The position numbers and the translations under genes were made by a program. A stretch of DNA of 63,986 bases, the filler included, from Octopus bimaculoides (Eukaryota): the NCBI RefSeq assembly GCF_001194135.2. It is 5 parts of 4 records of this genome, joined end to end, with 100 filler letters (N's around TTAATTAATTAA, not from the genome) between each part and the next. Parts side by side here need not be neighbours in the genome. Positions count along the whole stretch, not along the records: positions 1 to 17,006 come from NC_068982.1; 4 more parts are not named here. One strand, written 5' to 3'. The notes beneath the pieces are model-generated. The model did no database searches. It was not told where the DNA came from and saw nothing but the letters and a program-made list of their open reading frames with translations. This document shows positions 1 through 14,285 of this stretch, piece after piece (position 1 is the stretch's first letter; the number at the start of each line of letters is the position of its first letter).

Positions 1-1064
1 ATTATGGAGTGTATGAACCTCTTTGGTATTGCATCGAATGTTGAGCGATTTCTTGGGAAAAGTATAGCGAATTGGAGGACGGACCTGACAGCATACGGAA
101 GAAGTTTATGGACAGTAGAATTCAGGAGGAGCATCTTCCGAGGGGACTGCTTGTCCCCACTGATCTTTGTACTGTGCTTGATTCCACTGACACTGATTCT
201 GAGGAAAGCAAAAGCTGGGTATGTATTCAAAAGCCGCCAAAATTGTCAACCATTTGATATTCATGGATGACCTCAAACTTTATGGTAAAGATGAAACCCA
301 AGTCAGTTCCCTCGTTGATACGGTGTATACCTTCAGAGCTGATATCAGAATGGAGTTCGGACTGAGAAAGTGTGGTGTGTTAGTATTGAAGAGAGGCAAA
401 ATCAAATGTATGAACGGACTAATGATACCGTCGGGAGAGGTTATGAAGCAGATAGAAGAGACGGTCTATAATTACTTGCGGATTTTGGAAATGGATAAAT
501 TGATGGAAAAAGAAATGACAGAGTCGAAATTAAACGGACGGAATAAGATCGAGCTTATTCATGCTAATTTACCAGACATAATTATTAAAGACAAGGAAGA
601 AAAGACTTGTACACTAATGGATGTAAGTGTTCCGACTGACAAAAATATATCTGTCAAGGAATTTGAAAAACTAAGTAAACATAAGGACCTGAAAGTTGAA
701 ATACAAAAGACGTGGCATCTCAAAGCAAGACCTGTTCCTGTTATTGCAGGGGCCCAACGTATGATAAAAGAAAGAATGTCAGAAACATCTAGATAAGATC
801 CCAGGAAAACCATGTCTCAGAGAAATTCAAAACACTGTACCAACAAGTACTGCCCACATCCTTAAAAAAAAACGTATGAATTTAAATGTCTGTGCTGCAT
901 TACATGGAGATATTTCGCTACTTCCCCTCCACAAGCTTTCGGTCAGACTGTAACATCTCCCATCCCACATTCACCCCAGGACACTGGGTGTGTCCCGGCA
1001 AGTTACTGTAACAAACATGCAGATTAAAAGTATATTATTATTGTTAATAATAATAATAATAATG

Positions 1065-1092
<28 letters not shown>
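1..1092 (+). mobile_element. R4/Dong-like non-LTR retrotransposon, degenerate 3' part (RT plus restriction-like endonuclease), ending in (TAA)n
   Basis: Frameshifted ORFs give IFRGDCLSPLIF, HLIFMDDLKLY (RT) and PDIIIKD..LMDVSVPTDKNISVKEFEKLSKHKDL (REL domain). 3' UTR is followed by (TAA)n at about 1047-1092. Confidence 0.8.
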
Positions 1093-1096
<4 letters not shown>

Positions 1097-1298
1097 GTCT
1101 ATGTGATCTCAAATTTTAAAGCAAACACATAATTTTCTTATGGTTTCTTAAACATTCACTTGAACAAAACTGTACAAATCCAAATATATGGTACCCTAGG
1201 CATAACACCTACATGAACTTCTAACTTGTTGTCTCTTGAGGTCTCTGGGTGAGACTTGGATCCAACTTGTACAAATGCAAATCAAAAGTCAAACATAA

Positions 1299-1320
1299 AA
1301 TAATAATAATAATAATAATA

Positions 1321-1361
<41 letters not shown>

Positions 1362-1490
1362 AAAAAGAAGAAGAAGAAGAAGAAGAAGAAGAAGAAGAAG
1401 AAGAAGAAGAAGAAGAAGAAAAGGAGGCATATTTCACGGAGATAATCTGTCGCCATCGCTGTTGGCGATTTGTATGAGGCCCCATACCTT
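1299..1490 (+). repeat. (AAT)n(AAG)n microsatellite followed by a short RT fragment
   Basis: Repeats are visible. The following KGGIFHGDNLSPSLLAICMRP resembles the GIFQGDSLSP RT motif. Confidence 0.7.
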
Positions 1491-2726
1491 GATATTTTTA
1501 AAAGCTCTTATCCACATATTTATCTGTACGATGTAATTTTGTACGTGTGTGCTAGTGATGATGTGTTTGCGTATGTTTATGCAAATTTAAGCTTTTGGCA
1601 TAAAAATTTAGTATTATAGTTGTATAAAACATTTGCCTAAACGTAATGAAAACAATTCAAAGTTTCTCATACGATTTCAAGTATAGCCTTGGTATCATTA
1701 AATTATTGTATTGCTCTTGTTTATTTTCTGCTTAATCACATAAATAGACAGACAGTCAATGCCAGTCTGGCGTCGACCATCTCGTATTTTATTCCATTAC
1801 AGTACATTTCAGCCAGCACTAACTAATGCGTCGTCGATATTTGGAAGCTGATAGACTGTGATATGATTTGAGAGGATTTTCGGCGTTAATGTTTCCACTT
1901 TGAGTGAACACGTAACGACATCCATGTCAACACTTCTTGTATCGCTAATAAATTTGATAAATATTTGCAACTCATAAAAAAAATGTTCTTAGAGAAAAAT
2001 AAATCACTGCAATTGAAGGATTGTAGAATCATCCGTTTATATTATATTATTCATCATTCCGCTTGGAATAAATTAAATCATGCATGGCGAAATCACCATT
2101 AGAGAATGCAGTATCGCATCACTTTGATTCCTTTATGTTTCTCATTAGAGAAATAAAGCAAAACCAAATGAAACTAAAACATGCATGTAAAAAAAAGAGC
2201 GAAGACAAAACATAATATCATTCACCGATTTCCATTAATGCCTCATACATGCTGATATATGTTACGAAGCATTTCATCTATTAACAGGCAATTTGCTCAC
2301 AACTGCATTTAGGTCTCCCGCCTCATCACATAACATCACAAAATCAGTGTGCGTAAAGGTACGTAACCAATAGAGTTTTCGAACAGATGTTTATCTATAA
2401 AATCACATTGAAAGGATGATTGCAGATCATTAGAATAATTATCACACACCTAATCATGCATATAAGCATACATACCTGCAGTCATCAACACACATATGTC
2501 AGCAAATATATGTATATATATATATATATCTATATATATATATATATATGTATANNNNNNNNNNNNNNNNNNNNNNNNNNNNNNNNNNNNNNNNNNNNNN
2601 NNNNNNNNNNNNNNNNNNNNNNNNNNNNNNNNNNNNNNNNNNNNNNNNNNNNNNNNNNNNNNNNNNNNNNNNNNNNNNNNNNNNNNNNNNNNNNNNNNNN
2701 NNNNNNNNNNNNNNNNNNNNNNNNNN

Positions 2727-2759
<33 letters not shown>

Positions 2760-4936
2760 CAAGCCGGCGAAGATAATATAATAATAAGCACTAATCCGTA
2801 AGACGCACATACATAAAACTAACTAAACAAACAGACATATACACATACATGTGCGTGTGTCCTCGAGCAGAACACGAAGCGAGAGGCATTTACGTAAACA
2901 AGAATGAAAATATTGTTTGTTGATAATTGCTACATGATCGTATTAATGTGACTCATCATAGATAAAGGTTACCTACCATGTATATAAAAAATGAATTATG
3001 AGGCAGAACACATTATAGGGCCAAATATAATTGTTTCAAATTGTAATTCATCATGTCTTAACCAACAAAATGATCCACAAAACGAAGCAGAATATTTGAA
3101 TACATAAGCAATCCATGTTTCTTTAAATTAGTAGTTGTATTCCTCATTGTTACAATACGTAAAATATTGTTTACTCAGAAACCGCAATGATTCAACCGCG
3201 TCAAATTGTTTATTCTAGAATTTCTGAACGTTATACTTTATTTGGTAAAATTCTGTTCACGCTCTTTTACCCTTTCCTTGTAATGGATCCTATATGAACC
3301 GGACATACCACGTCGATTAAACGGCATTTTTTCTTCTATCAATTACAGCAATATCCGGCTTCTAGTTTTCTATTAACCTGAAGTTTGCGTAGAGAATGAC
3401 TTTAAGAGCATATTTCCATTGTTTACGAAAATTTTAATTTTCATTGCAATAAAATTGCTATATACAAATTGATTCTCTTGGAAAAGCTTCAGTGCATTGT
3501 TGCAGCAATTTTATCATGCTGGCGATCTCGTATTCTTTCTTAGCTAACTGTCGCCTTTGTGATACAATGCAAACGATCGTTTCATCTGAAGCATATCACA
3601 TTATTGTGTATGTGATTGAAAAGTACATCATTCTCTTGAGCCAATTTAGGCTTATAGTGTCTTCCTGTGCAATGTAAATCATACCGCTCGCATTCTCAAT
3701 AGGCATTTCTTTCAGCACATCCAGTTGTTCTCGACATCAATTATCGCTTTTGTCTGTCTCTCGCCCATAATAGTGAACGAAGCTTCTTTCCTCAATGGTA
3801 TTATTCACACGTATCAACATTTTTCCAATTTTCACTTCCAGGGCTCTATAAACTGTGTATAAATTAATTTAGTATCTAGTGAAGGAGAGTATCTTTTCTC
3901 CCTAACAAATCTATTTGCCGTTTCCTGGAAATAACCTCTGGCAATTCTATGCCATAGGACGTGGTCCAGGAAGGAGCAAAAAGAAAAAAAAAGTATGTAG
4001 CTTTTATTGTGAGGCAAAGAAAATAGACAAAGTCTACTGCTAACTTGAAGTTGTACAACAAGAAATTGAGAGAGACTCTCAAATTCCAATTGATTGATAT
4101 AATTCTCGCTGTGCATTTGTTCCACAGGTCAGGCGTCATTGAATTACAATAGCAAAAGTTATGCACATCAGAAATTCTAGTTCTGTAGCTAGTCGTCAAT
4201 TCCGTATCGAAGAAGTGGCGAATGGTCAAAACAGTTCAGAGAAATTTAGTACGGATCTACAGCTTACAAGACGGTAAATGTATTTTCAGTTCGAAATAAC
4301 AACTCCACACATGATTCCACAGCACTTCAGTCGCATCTCGGAGAGCCTTCCCAATGAAAAGGGCATAATTAACGAATGGCTATATCATAGTAATGTGTGT
4401 GTGTGTTTGTGTCTGTTTGTTCCCCACATCGCTTGACAATTGGTGTCGGTGGGGCTACGTCATTGTAAGCCAGAAATTCGGCAAATTTGACCGGTAGAAT
4501 ACCTTGAGGTCAATTTATTCGACTAAAACGCTACAAGGTGGTACTCCAGCATTGCCACAGTCATCTGACTGAAACAAATGATATATATATACACACATGC
4601 CCATTTTCTGAATAATATCTTACAATACCAATAAAATGCTGTATCAATTTTATTTTAAATTCTGAAAACACCTTTCAATTAACATGGCGCTTATTCTTCT
4701 GTTGCATCCATGACCTATATTCTTCACCGCTGACTTATATTATTTTTGACTTAAATATTATTTTTGCTTTGTTTACAGAGGACATCATATGCAATGGTAT
4801 CATTTGTAGTAAATGTAGGAAAAGTACATAAATAACAATTTTAATGGATTCATAACCGAGATATTTTAACAATGATCGTTTAATGATCAACGTTTTACCA
4901 ATTTTCTCTTATATTCCATTAACAAGAATCTAACTG

Positions 4937-5005
<69 letters not shown>

Positions 5006-5676
5006 GTATCTATCATCCTACCTACCTATCTTTCTATATATTTATCTATTTATGTATCTATCTCTCAGTAAATATAAATATACATTTATCTTGATACATC
5101 GATTGACAGGCAAATACATAGACAGATAGATAGAAAGACAGAGAAGGAGAAAGAGTACACATTANNNNNNNNNNNNNNNNNNNNNNNNNNNNNNNNNNNN
5201 NNNNNNNNNNNNNNNNNNNNNNNNNNNNNNNNNNNNNNNNNNNNNNNNNNNNNNNNNNNNNNNNNNNNNNNNNNNNNNNNNNNNNNNNNNNNNNNNNNNN
5301 NNNNNNNNNNNNNNNNNNNNNNNNNNNNNNNNNNNNNNNNNNNNNNNNNNNNNNNNNNNNNNNNNNNNNNNNNNNNNNNNNNNNNNNNNNNNNNNNNNNN
5401 NNNNNNNNNNNNNNNNNNNNNNNNNNNNNNNNNNNNNNNNNNNNNNNNNNNNNNNNNNNNNNNNNNNNNNNNNNNNNNNNNNNNNNNNNNNNNNNNNNNN
5501 NNNNNNNNNNNNNNNNNNNNNNNNNNNNNNNNNNNNNNNNNNNNNNNNNNNNNNNNNNNNNNNNNNNNNNNNNNNNNNNNNNNNNNNNNNNNNNNNNNNN
5601 NNNNNNNNNNNNNNNNNNNNNNNNNNNNNNNNNNNNNNNNNNNNNNNNNNNNNNNNNNNNATATATATATATATAC

Positions 5677-5709
<33 letters not shown>

Positions 5710-6162
5710 TACAAAACAGTAACCATACACGCCAGTATAGAGAAACATACTCATACATAATTATACTAAAAATTCCCGTTGCGAATATAGACAATTTATA
5801 TGTTGATTTTGTTTTTAAATCGTCTTTGTATATAAATATATGCTTCATTTTTTTTGTTTGTTCATCATAATTATATGCTTCGATGATTTGCTGTAAATGA
5901 TGTCCCACAAAAATTGCGACCTGTGTACGGATTGATATGAAACTTGAAATGGACGTCCATTTTTTTCTTTCCGTTCACGCAAGAGACAGTATCTGCAGAA
6001 AAAACTGTGATTAATACATCAGGTGATCTAACTTTCCCCCAGGAACTCCATGCTTATATTGATATTTTCTGACATATAATTAATGTTCGGTATATATGTA
6101 TTTATGCCTATTTTCTTTTTAGCATATTCAATGCATTTGATAAATAAACTGCAACAGCCTTG

Positions 6163-6164
<2 letters not shown>

Positions 6165-6194
<30 letters not shown>

Positions 6195-6322
6195 CAGTTT
6201 CCGTCTACCAAATCCACTCACTAGGCTTTGGTCGAACCGAGGCTATAGTAAAAGACTCTTGCCCAAGGTGCCACGCAGTGGGACTGAACCCAGAACTATG
6301 TGGTTCGTAAGCAAGCTACTTT
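6165..6322 (-). mobile_element. SINE family A, 5' half (tRNA-like head plus CORE-like block)
   Basis: Reverse complement of the GTGGCTGTGTGGTAAG..GGTTCAGTCCCACTGCGTGGCACCTTGGGCAAG element that recurs throughout the window. Confidence 0.8.
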
Positions 6323-6324
6323 AT

Positions 6325-7640
6325 TTCATTGAATTAGCCACAAGGGCTGTACACAGAGTGGTAGCTGCGGGCTGGACAAAGACATAAATGTGATGAGGAT
6401 GATAACAAAAGGTGAATAAAAATGAGAGTGGCACCGACGATAACCCCTCGAAAACATTGTTCAATACAAATCCTATAAAAGTCATAAATTCAATGGCAAT
6501 TCAATAAAGTTCAATAAAATTTGTATTTAAAGATATAATCTTCCTCATCCGGGCCTCCAAGCAAGTGTCTCGTCGCCATCAGGGGATCTCGCAGTGGCAA
6601 GCCTGGAAGAGCGTAAATAAAATCCTCTTTTTGACAGGTCTTTTCGACCTCCATGACTTCACTATGATTTAAGACCTCCGCAGCCACCTGCGGAGGCCAA
6701 CGTGGATGGTCTATTAATACCGAGTCGTAACGCTCACGGTCAAATAGATCATCCAGACACTTTTCAACGGACCCTCCCTTGAGGTAACAGAAGATATATT
6801 CCGTTTCCTCATCACCGGGAGGGGCCGTAACCTGCTCTGTCAGTGGCACAAATCCCACTGACAGAGCCTCCCGATCCGGTGGCACACTTCCCAACGGAGG
6901 GGCAACGGGTTCAGTCGGTGGCACGTCCGCCGACCGTCTCCCGTTTCTCCTTTTTTTTTTTTTCCTTTTACCGGTTGCGGGGGGCGGGGCATCTTTCGGC
7001 ACACCCGAGGTGTCCTCCTCCTTTCCCGCAAACTCTATTTCTCCTGGTGAGCAACCACCGTTGCTCACTTTCCTCTTTCTATTCGTGCATATTTGATTCC
7101 CCTTGAAATATATTTAAAGTTGGCATTCACATTCATAAGTTCCTTTCCAATAACAGTTTGAGGAAAGACAGTGACGCTATCCAACACCTTTGAGTAGGTT
7201 CGGAGCGTCACTGTTCTTTCCTCCATTTCTTTCAACCACTGCTTGAGTGGGCACAGTTCCCACTCCAAGACAGTGTTGCCCTTTTTTGCCATGCTCAACA
7301 AAAAAGTTCAGAAAATAGTTCACAAACAAGTTTTAAAAAAAGTTCACAAAAAAACAAACTAAATACAAAAGAACAGAAAGACAGAGCAGAGAAAAGGAAA
7401 GAAGGAAAACAGTTTAAGTCACAGCAACACAATTCCGGCCACCAGCAATACGCACAGGTATTCCAATAAAGGTATTCCTATAAAAGTACTCCAAAATAAA
7501 GGTATTCCAGTAAAGGCATTCCAATAAAGGTAATCCAGGGCCACAGCAGCAGAATTTTCACAAGTTTTTCGGAGGCAAGATACGCCCACAAAAACAACAA
7601 TTCTCGCAAGGTGAGACACAAAAAGTTTTCACGAAACACA
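6325..7640 (-). mobile_element. Unclassified single-ORF interspersed element, copy 1 (about 260 aa, one frameshift)
   Basis: ORFs 7301-7065 and 7068-6511 are homologous to 63170-63890. Tandem 14-mers upstream (about 7445-7530), U-rich 3' region ending in AAATAA. Confidence 0.65.
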
Positions 7641-9972
7641 ATTTGCTCACTAAATGAGCAACAACTTAAAGCCACCGAAAGCAAACGGAACTGCCCAGAG
7701 CTATACGAAATTTACTGAAAACAAATTGAAACACAATAAATTACACACAGCTCAAAAAACAATTCCACCTACCTCTGTCGACTTCACACATTTTCAATTT
7801 TGGACAGCGTTAAACACAGTATCCACTTTGGTTCAACTAGAAGCAGCTAATGCGCAAGACCGGAAGCTAGCTACTTACCACACAACCACTCCTATGCGTG
7901 TAAATAAATATATAATTTTATCCGCAGGTATTATCGCTGAAAAATTTATATATTTGCAAATGTTTTCATACATTTTCTTTAATACACTCTTTACCTTCCG
8001 TATATCTACATCTTTAGTGTCTTTCTTTTTCAATCATTTACTTGTTTCAGTCATACGTGTGTGGCGATGTTGGGCCCTGTCTTGAAAAATATTTAGTCGA
8101 ATTAATTAAATCCAGTATTTATTCTATCAGTTTCCTTTGACAAAAGGCTAGGGTACGAGGACATAAACACATTAACACCGGCTGTTTCGTGGTCGTGGGG
8201 GACAAACAAAACTAGAAATGCACACACGCATATAAACGACGAGCGTCTTTCAGTCTCCGTCTAGAAAATCCTCTCACAAGGTTTCGGTCGTTCCGAGGCT
8301 GTAGTAGTAGGTGACATGCAGTTGAACTGATTTCGGAATCATCGGTTTCGTAAGTAAGCTTCTTTCCACACAGCTAGGCCACTGCCTGTATGAACAACTC
8401 ATAATTCCGATGCATGTATATACTCATATAGTATAATGTTACTACAAATTGAAATCGATTGAACTATACGCAGTGAATAATATATTTGTAAGTATTAATT
8501 TATTTTGCAGATATATTCCTGCTTAACAAAGAAAATTTTCATTTATTCTGACCATATTTCTCGTTATTAACTGATATATTCCATATGTGGGTGTTATAAG
8601 TAGTGCGTTAATATAGTTAATTAACACTAGTAATCATATTTTATATGTTATTGCATCTAACTAGCAATCATACTTTATTTGTGATTGCATCTAAAGGAAA
8701 AAAGCATTGAACTGAGTTACTAAATCAAATGTAACCTCTGGAGATGTTATTTATTTTCGCCTTTAGTGTAAATCAGAAGAGATCCTTGAATATTTGATAA
8801 GAATCTGTTTTTGTAAAAATCTAAGATGACGCTCTTATGAGCAGATTTTAAAAAAATAATAAATAATCGAAACGCATTGAAGTGGCATAATGCTGTTTAA
8901 TGTCACATTTCTGACATTCAAAAATGTGAAAAAAGGAAACACAAAAGATATTTTTAAAAAAGACATAATAAACGTGGGAACATAAGTAAGGTAATAAAAT
9001 AGTATTTAATGAAATCTGCATAGAGAATGATGTGTATGTTTTACTGCGAACATATGACAGGCATTCTATATGTTTTCAATGAATAATGTACAGGAAAATA
9101 TTAAACTCAATAAAGGAAACAAGAGAATAACATCGAAGCATTATACATGAAAAAAAATTAAGATATGTGTGGAAATAAGTTTTTCAGAATATTTGCGTGA
9201 AAAGAATATATATTTTATGCATTTCAACTTCCTTGTTGCCCACAATAATCACCGCAAATTTTCTGAACTTAATCTTAGATTGAATGGGATGACACTAAAA
9301 GGAACGATAGCGTGGAATTTAGATTAAACCTATAAGAGATATCCAAAACATTCTATTTATAATCTTTGTATATTCTTCAACCTTTTAGATTAAGGAACAT
9401 TGCAAACAAAATGCAAGCATCTTATTCACAATTGATTTCATCTGTAGGATATTCAATTCATTTGAAATATAATAAAAATATCGGATCGGAATAATATATT
9501 CAGATTCGTTTTTATGCTTTCATCTATAGTACTCCACATTAGATGAAGGAAAAATAATCGAAAATTACATGATATTTCATATATACATACATACATTTCA
9601 TATATGCATACATGTATATATATATATANNNNNNNNNNNNNNNNNNNNNNNNNNNNNNNNNNNNNNNNNNNNNNNNNNNNNNNNNNNNNNNNNNNNNNNN
9701 NNNNNNNNNNNNNNNNNNNNNNNNNNNNNNNNNNNNNNNNNNNNNNNNNNNNNNNNNNNNNNNNNNNNNNNNNNNNNNNNNNNNNNNNNNNNNNNNNNNN
9801 NNNNNNNNNNNNNNNNNNNNNNNNNNNNNNNNNNNNNNNNNNNNNNNNNNNNNNNNNNNNNNNNNNNNNNNNNNNNNNNNNNNNNNNNNNNNNNNNNNNN
9901 NNNNNNNNNNNNNNNNNNNNNNNNNNNNNNNNNNNNNNNNNNNNNNNNNNNNNNNNNNNNNNNNNNNNNNNN

Positions 9973-10024
<52 letters not shown>

Positions 10025-12027
10025 ACCAATATATATGAATATATGTGGGTGAGTATGTATAGGTATGTATATTTTTACATATATAGTAGTATTATAGCTA
10101 TTAACTTGGAAAATATATATACACACGTCACAACGTCTAATTTAATAGCACCTGTAATCATACATATGATTAAACTAGAATTTTTGTACGAGAGCAATAT
10201 TCTATCGAAAATTAGATTGAATATCACTTATATATGAATTTATTCATAAGTTTAAAGAAAATGATAAGTCTTGAATAAATAACATTGTGGTAGTGGCTTT
10301 TTGAATTACTTTCGGGCGTTCATTTAGAGAAAAAGAATAGGAGTGATTACAGGTAACAAATATTTCAATACGTCAACGGGAAAACTTTGAATTTTCATGC
10401 ATACATACCAACATACGTATATACAGGCATAACTATATAAACACTGGCAGACGAACGCACACAAAACTTGCACTTGTAAATATTCATATTTAGCATATAC
10501 TTCACTGCCGCATTATATAAGTGAATGTTATTTCAATTTGAAGTTCTAAATTCTAACTTAGATACTTGTATTAACTCCATGGAAATAGTTATATTTACTG
10601 TTATATAATGTGGCGCTATTTCCATTCACGTTACTGCAAGTCTCATATGTACATCAAGAATTTTGACATTGTAGTACAACTCGAAATCTCGAAGCACTTG
10701 TTGTTTAAATCAATGAATTATAAAGCGAGTATGTACTTGATGTATTTTACATCTATTTATTCATAATCGGGTTTGGGATGGGAGGAATAGAGAAGGTGGG
10801 CTTGTATTGTGTGGGATTGGGGTTACGAGGGAGTGGTAACGATGAAGGCAGAGGGGGAAAGGAGAATGTGGATAGGAGTGAAGAGAAGAAGTAAGTGTTG
10901 GAGCAAGAAAGGAGAGATGGGTGGGAGGAAGTAGGTATGAGATGGAGAGAAGGGAGGGGAGGTTATATGAAAAGGGGAGGAGAGTTGAGCCCATGTGCTG
11001 CAAAGGAGCGAAGAGAAAGTAGATGTTAAAATAATTTCATAAAAAAACATTTCAGTACGGTTTCACTCATTGAGACTTTTCCAACTGTAAGTATGGGAAA
11101 CAATTACATTTTGGAAAAATTCAGAGAAAGGTTTTTTAAAANNNNNNNNNNNNNNNNNNNNNNNNNNNNNNNNNNNNNNNNNNNNNNNNNNNNNNNNNNN
11201 NNNNNNNNNNNNNNNNNNNNNNNNNNNNNNNNNNNNNNNNNNNNNNNNNNNNNNNNNNNNNNNNNNNNNNNNNNNNNNNNNNNNNNNNNNNNNNNNNNNN
11301 NNNNNNNNNNNNNNNNNNNNNNNNNNNNNNNNNNNNNNNNNNNNNNNNNNNNNNNNNNNNNNNNNNNNNNNNNNNNNNNNNNNNNNNNNNNNNNNNNNNN
11401 NNNNNNNNNNNNNNNNNNNNNNNNNNNNNNNNNNNNNNNNNNNNNNNNNNNNNNNNNNNNNNNNNNNNNNNNNNNNNNNNNNNNNNNNNNNNNNNNNNNN
11501 NNNNNNNNNNNNNNNNNNNNNNNNNNNNNNNNNNNNNNNNNNNNNNNNNNNNNNNNNNNNNNNNNNNNNNNNNNNNNNNNNNNNNNNNNNNNNNNNNNNN
11601 NNNNNNNNNNNNNNNNNNNNNNNNNNNNNNNNNNNNNNNNNNNNNNNNNNNNNNNNNNNNNNNNNNNNNNNNNNNNNNNNNNNNNNNNNNNNNNNNNNNN
11701 NNNNNNNNNNNNNNNNNNNNNNNNNNNNNNNNNNNNNNNNNNNNNNNNNNNNNNNNNNNNNNNNNNNNNNNNNNNNNNNNNNNNNNNNNNNNNNNNNNNN
11801 NNNNNNNNNNNNNNNNNNNNNNNNNNNNNNNNNNNNNNNNNNNNNNNNNNNNNNNNNNNNNNNNNNNNNNNNNNNNNNNNNNNNNNNNNNNNNNNNNNNN
11901 NNNNNNNNNNNNNNNNNNNNNNNNNNNNNNNNNNNNNNNNNNNNNNNNNNNNNNNNNNNNNNNNNNNNNNNNNNNNNNNNNNNNNNNNNNNNNNNNNNNN
12001 NNNNNNNNTGTATGTGTGTGTGTGTGT

Positions 12028-12068
<41 letters not shown>

Positions 12069-12804
12069 TGTGTGTGTCTGCGTATATACATACATACATA
12101 TATATACACATATATATAATCTGCATTATCATTTTAGATAAAAATGCCCGCTATCATATTTGCATTACTGATTGCGATGTAGCACGTCAATTTTAGGATT
12201 AAAAACGACACCTCTATAAATCCTATTCACTTGTAAGTTTTCGCCATATAGTCATTGTACATTAAACTGTATTACTTCTGCGAATGTCTCATAAAACTGT
12301 AAATACTGTGACGTCCGAGAAGCAACATACTTTTATTAAAATCCATTAATCCAGGCGTTTTGTGGTATTCAAAGATGTTTAATAGCTTTAGGATATACAT
12401 ACAAGGTTTCCGAAACTAAATGATTCTAGAATATATATGTAAATAAACGTATACCTGCTTGGATTCCTTTTCTATTCATTTCATTCATATCAGTCGAACG
12501 ACAACACTTCTTAAAGACGTTGTACTAATGCTATTGTAATCAAATTTAAATTGAAAATGTTTGAAAATTCTTCTGGCAATAAAGTGTGACATATTTTTCT
12601 TTTCTTCTTTTACTTGTTTAAGATATCTGACTGCGGCTATGCTGCAGCATCGCCTTTAGTCGAACAAATCGACCTCGGGTCTTATTCTTTGTAATCCTAG
12701 TACTTATACTATCGATCTCTTTTGTCTAACTGCTAAGTTACGGGGATGTAAACACACCAACAGCTGTTGTCAAGCGAGGGTTCGCTGAGAATGTGTTGTT
12801 ACAT

Positions 12805-13453
12805 GTGCTTCTTTGTTGGCACTCCGTCGCTTACGACGTCGAGGGTTCCAGTTGATCCGATCAACGGAACAGCCTGCTCGTGAAATTAACATGCAAGTGG
12901 CTGAGCACTCCACAGACACGTGTACCCTTAACGTAGTTCTCGGGGATATTCAGCGTGACACAGTGTGACAAGGCTGACCCTTTGAATTACAGGCACAACA
13001 GAAACAGGAAGTAAGAGTGAGAGAAAGTTGTGGTAAAAGAGTACAGCAGGGTTCGCTACCATCTCCTGCCGGAGTCTCGCGGAGCTTTAGGTGTTTTCGC
13101 TCAATAAACACTCACAACACCCGGTCTGGGAATCGAAACAACCATCCTATGACCGCGAGTCCGCTNNNNNNNNNNCACGTGTACCCTTAACGTAGTTCTC
13201 GGGGATATTCAGCGTGACACAGTGTGACAAGGCTGACCCTTTGAATTACAGGCACAACAGAAACAGGAAGTAAGAGTGAGAGAAAGTTGTGGTAAAAGAG
13301 TACAGCAGGGTTCGCTACCATCTCCTGCCGGAGTCTCGCGGAGCTTTAGGTGTTTTCGCTCAATAAACACTCACAACACCCGGTCTGGGAATCGAAACAA
13401 CCATCCTATGACCGCGAGTCCGCTGCCCTAACCACCGGGCTATTGCGCCTCCA
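12805..13453 (-). mobile_element. SINE family C (tRNA-derived head GTGGAGGCGCAATAGCCC), with an assembly duplication around the 10-N gap
   Basis: A-box/B-box-like head at the right end. Same body recurs at 43480-43757 and, degenerate, at 48420-48650. Confidence 0.8.
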
Positions 13454-14285
13454 CTGTGTGCTGACAAACACAGACACAAGCATATATATATATATATATA
13501 TATATATACGACAAGTTTTTTGCAGTGTCCGTCTAACAAATCACTCAGAAGTCTTTGGTCGGTCCGAGGCTATAGCAGAAAACACTTTCTCAAGGTGGCA
13601 CGCAGTAGGACTGAACTCGGAACCATGTGGTTAGTAAACAAATTACTTACAACGCAGTCACAGCCAAAATAATAAAAAAGAAAATGGTGATTGAGAAGTT
13701 AACTGTTTATCATTAACAGCAAATTAATCATCAACCCTTACAACTGTTTGAATTAATACTCAGCAAATATTAAGTAAATATTAAATTTATATGACCAGAG
13801 CATAATATCTTCAAAGGGGAAAAATATACTCTTGGTTGTTTTATATGTGCCTATGGTTTTATAATAGCAGACTGAATGATATTGTTTACAATTTGTATTT
13901 TTTATATATTCAGGCTAGGAGTTCGCAGGTTGATCGGAGACGAGATTGAGTAGGTAAATAGAATTTAAAAACTAAATAAATAATTTAGAGATTTTATTTT
14001 AGTGCCTTATTAATTTAACACATGTACCGGTGTGATTTCTGTTGTTCTTACCAAAATTTTCGTTGCGACTTGCAATCTTTTCAATAGTCGTTGATTCTGC
14101 CCGTTATCACAATTGAGTTTTTTTTTTTTTTTTACGCATTCGTGTGCGTCAGTGTGAGTGCACAATTCCCATAACAGGCAAAATGAAAGATTATTGGAAA
14201 GGTTGCAAGTCGCAAAAAAATTGTGTCCCCGGACACAATTAAATATGCTTCAACACAAGAATTCAAATAAAGAATCTGGCAAACC

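Noticed and set aside
3440-4340. Complex-sequence stretch with moderately long minus-strand ORFs
   Set aside because: Frames do not join and no motif was recognised; probably an old repeat.
13176-13425. Apparent tandem duplication of SINE C
   Set aside because: Identical sequence on both sides of a 10-N gap is an unmerged contig overlap.
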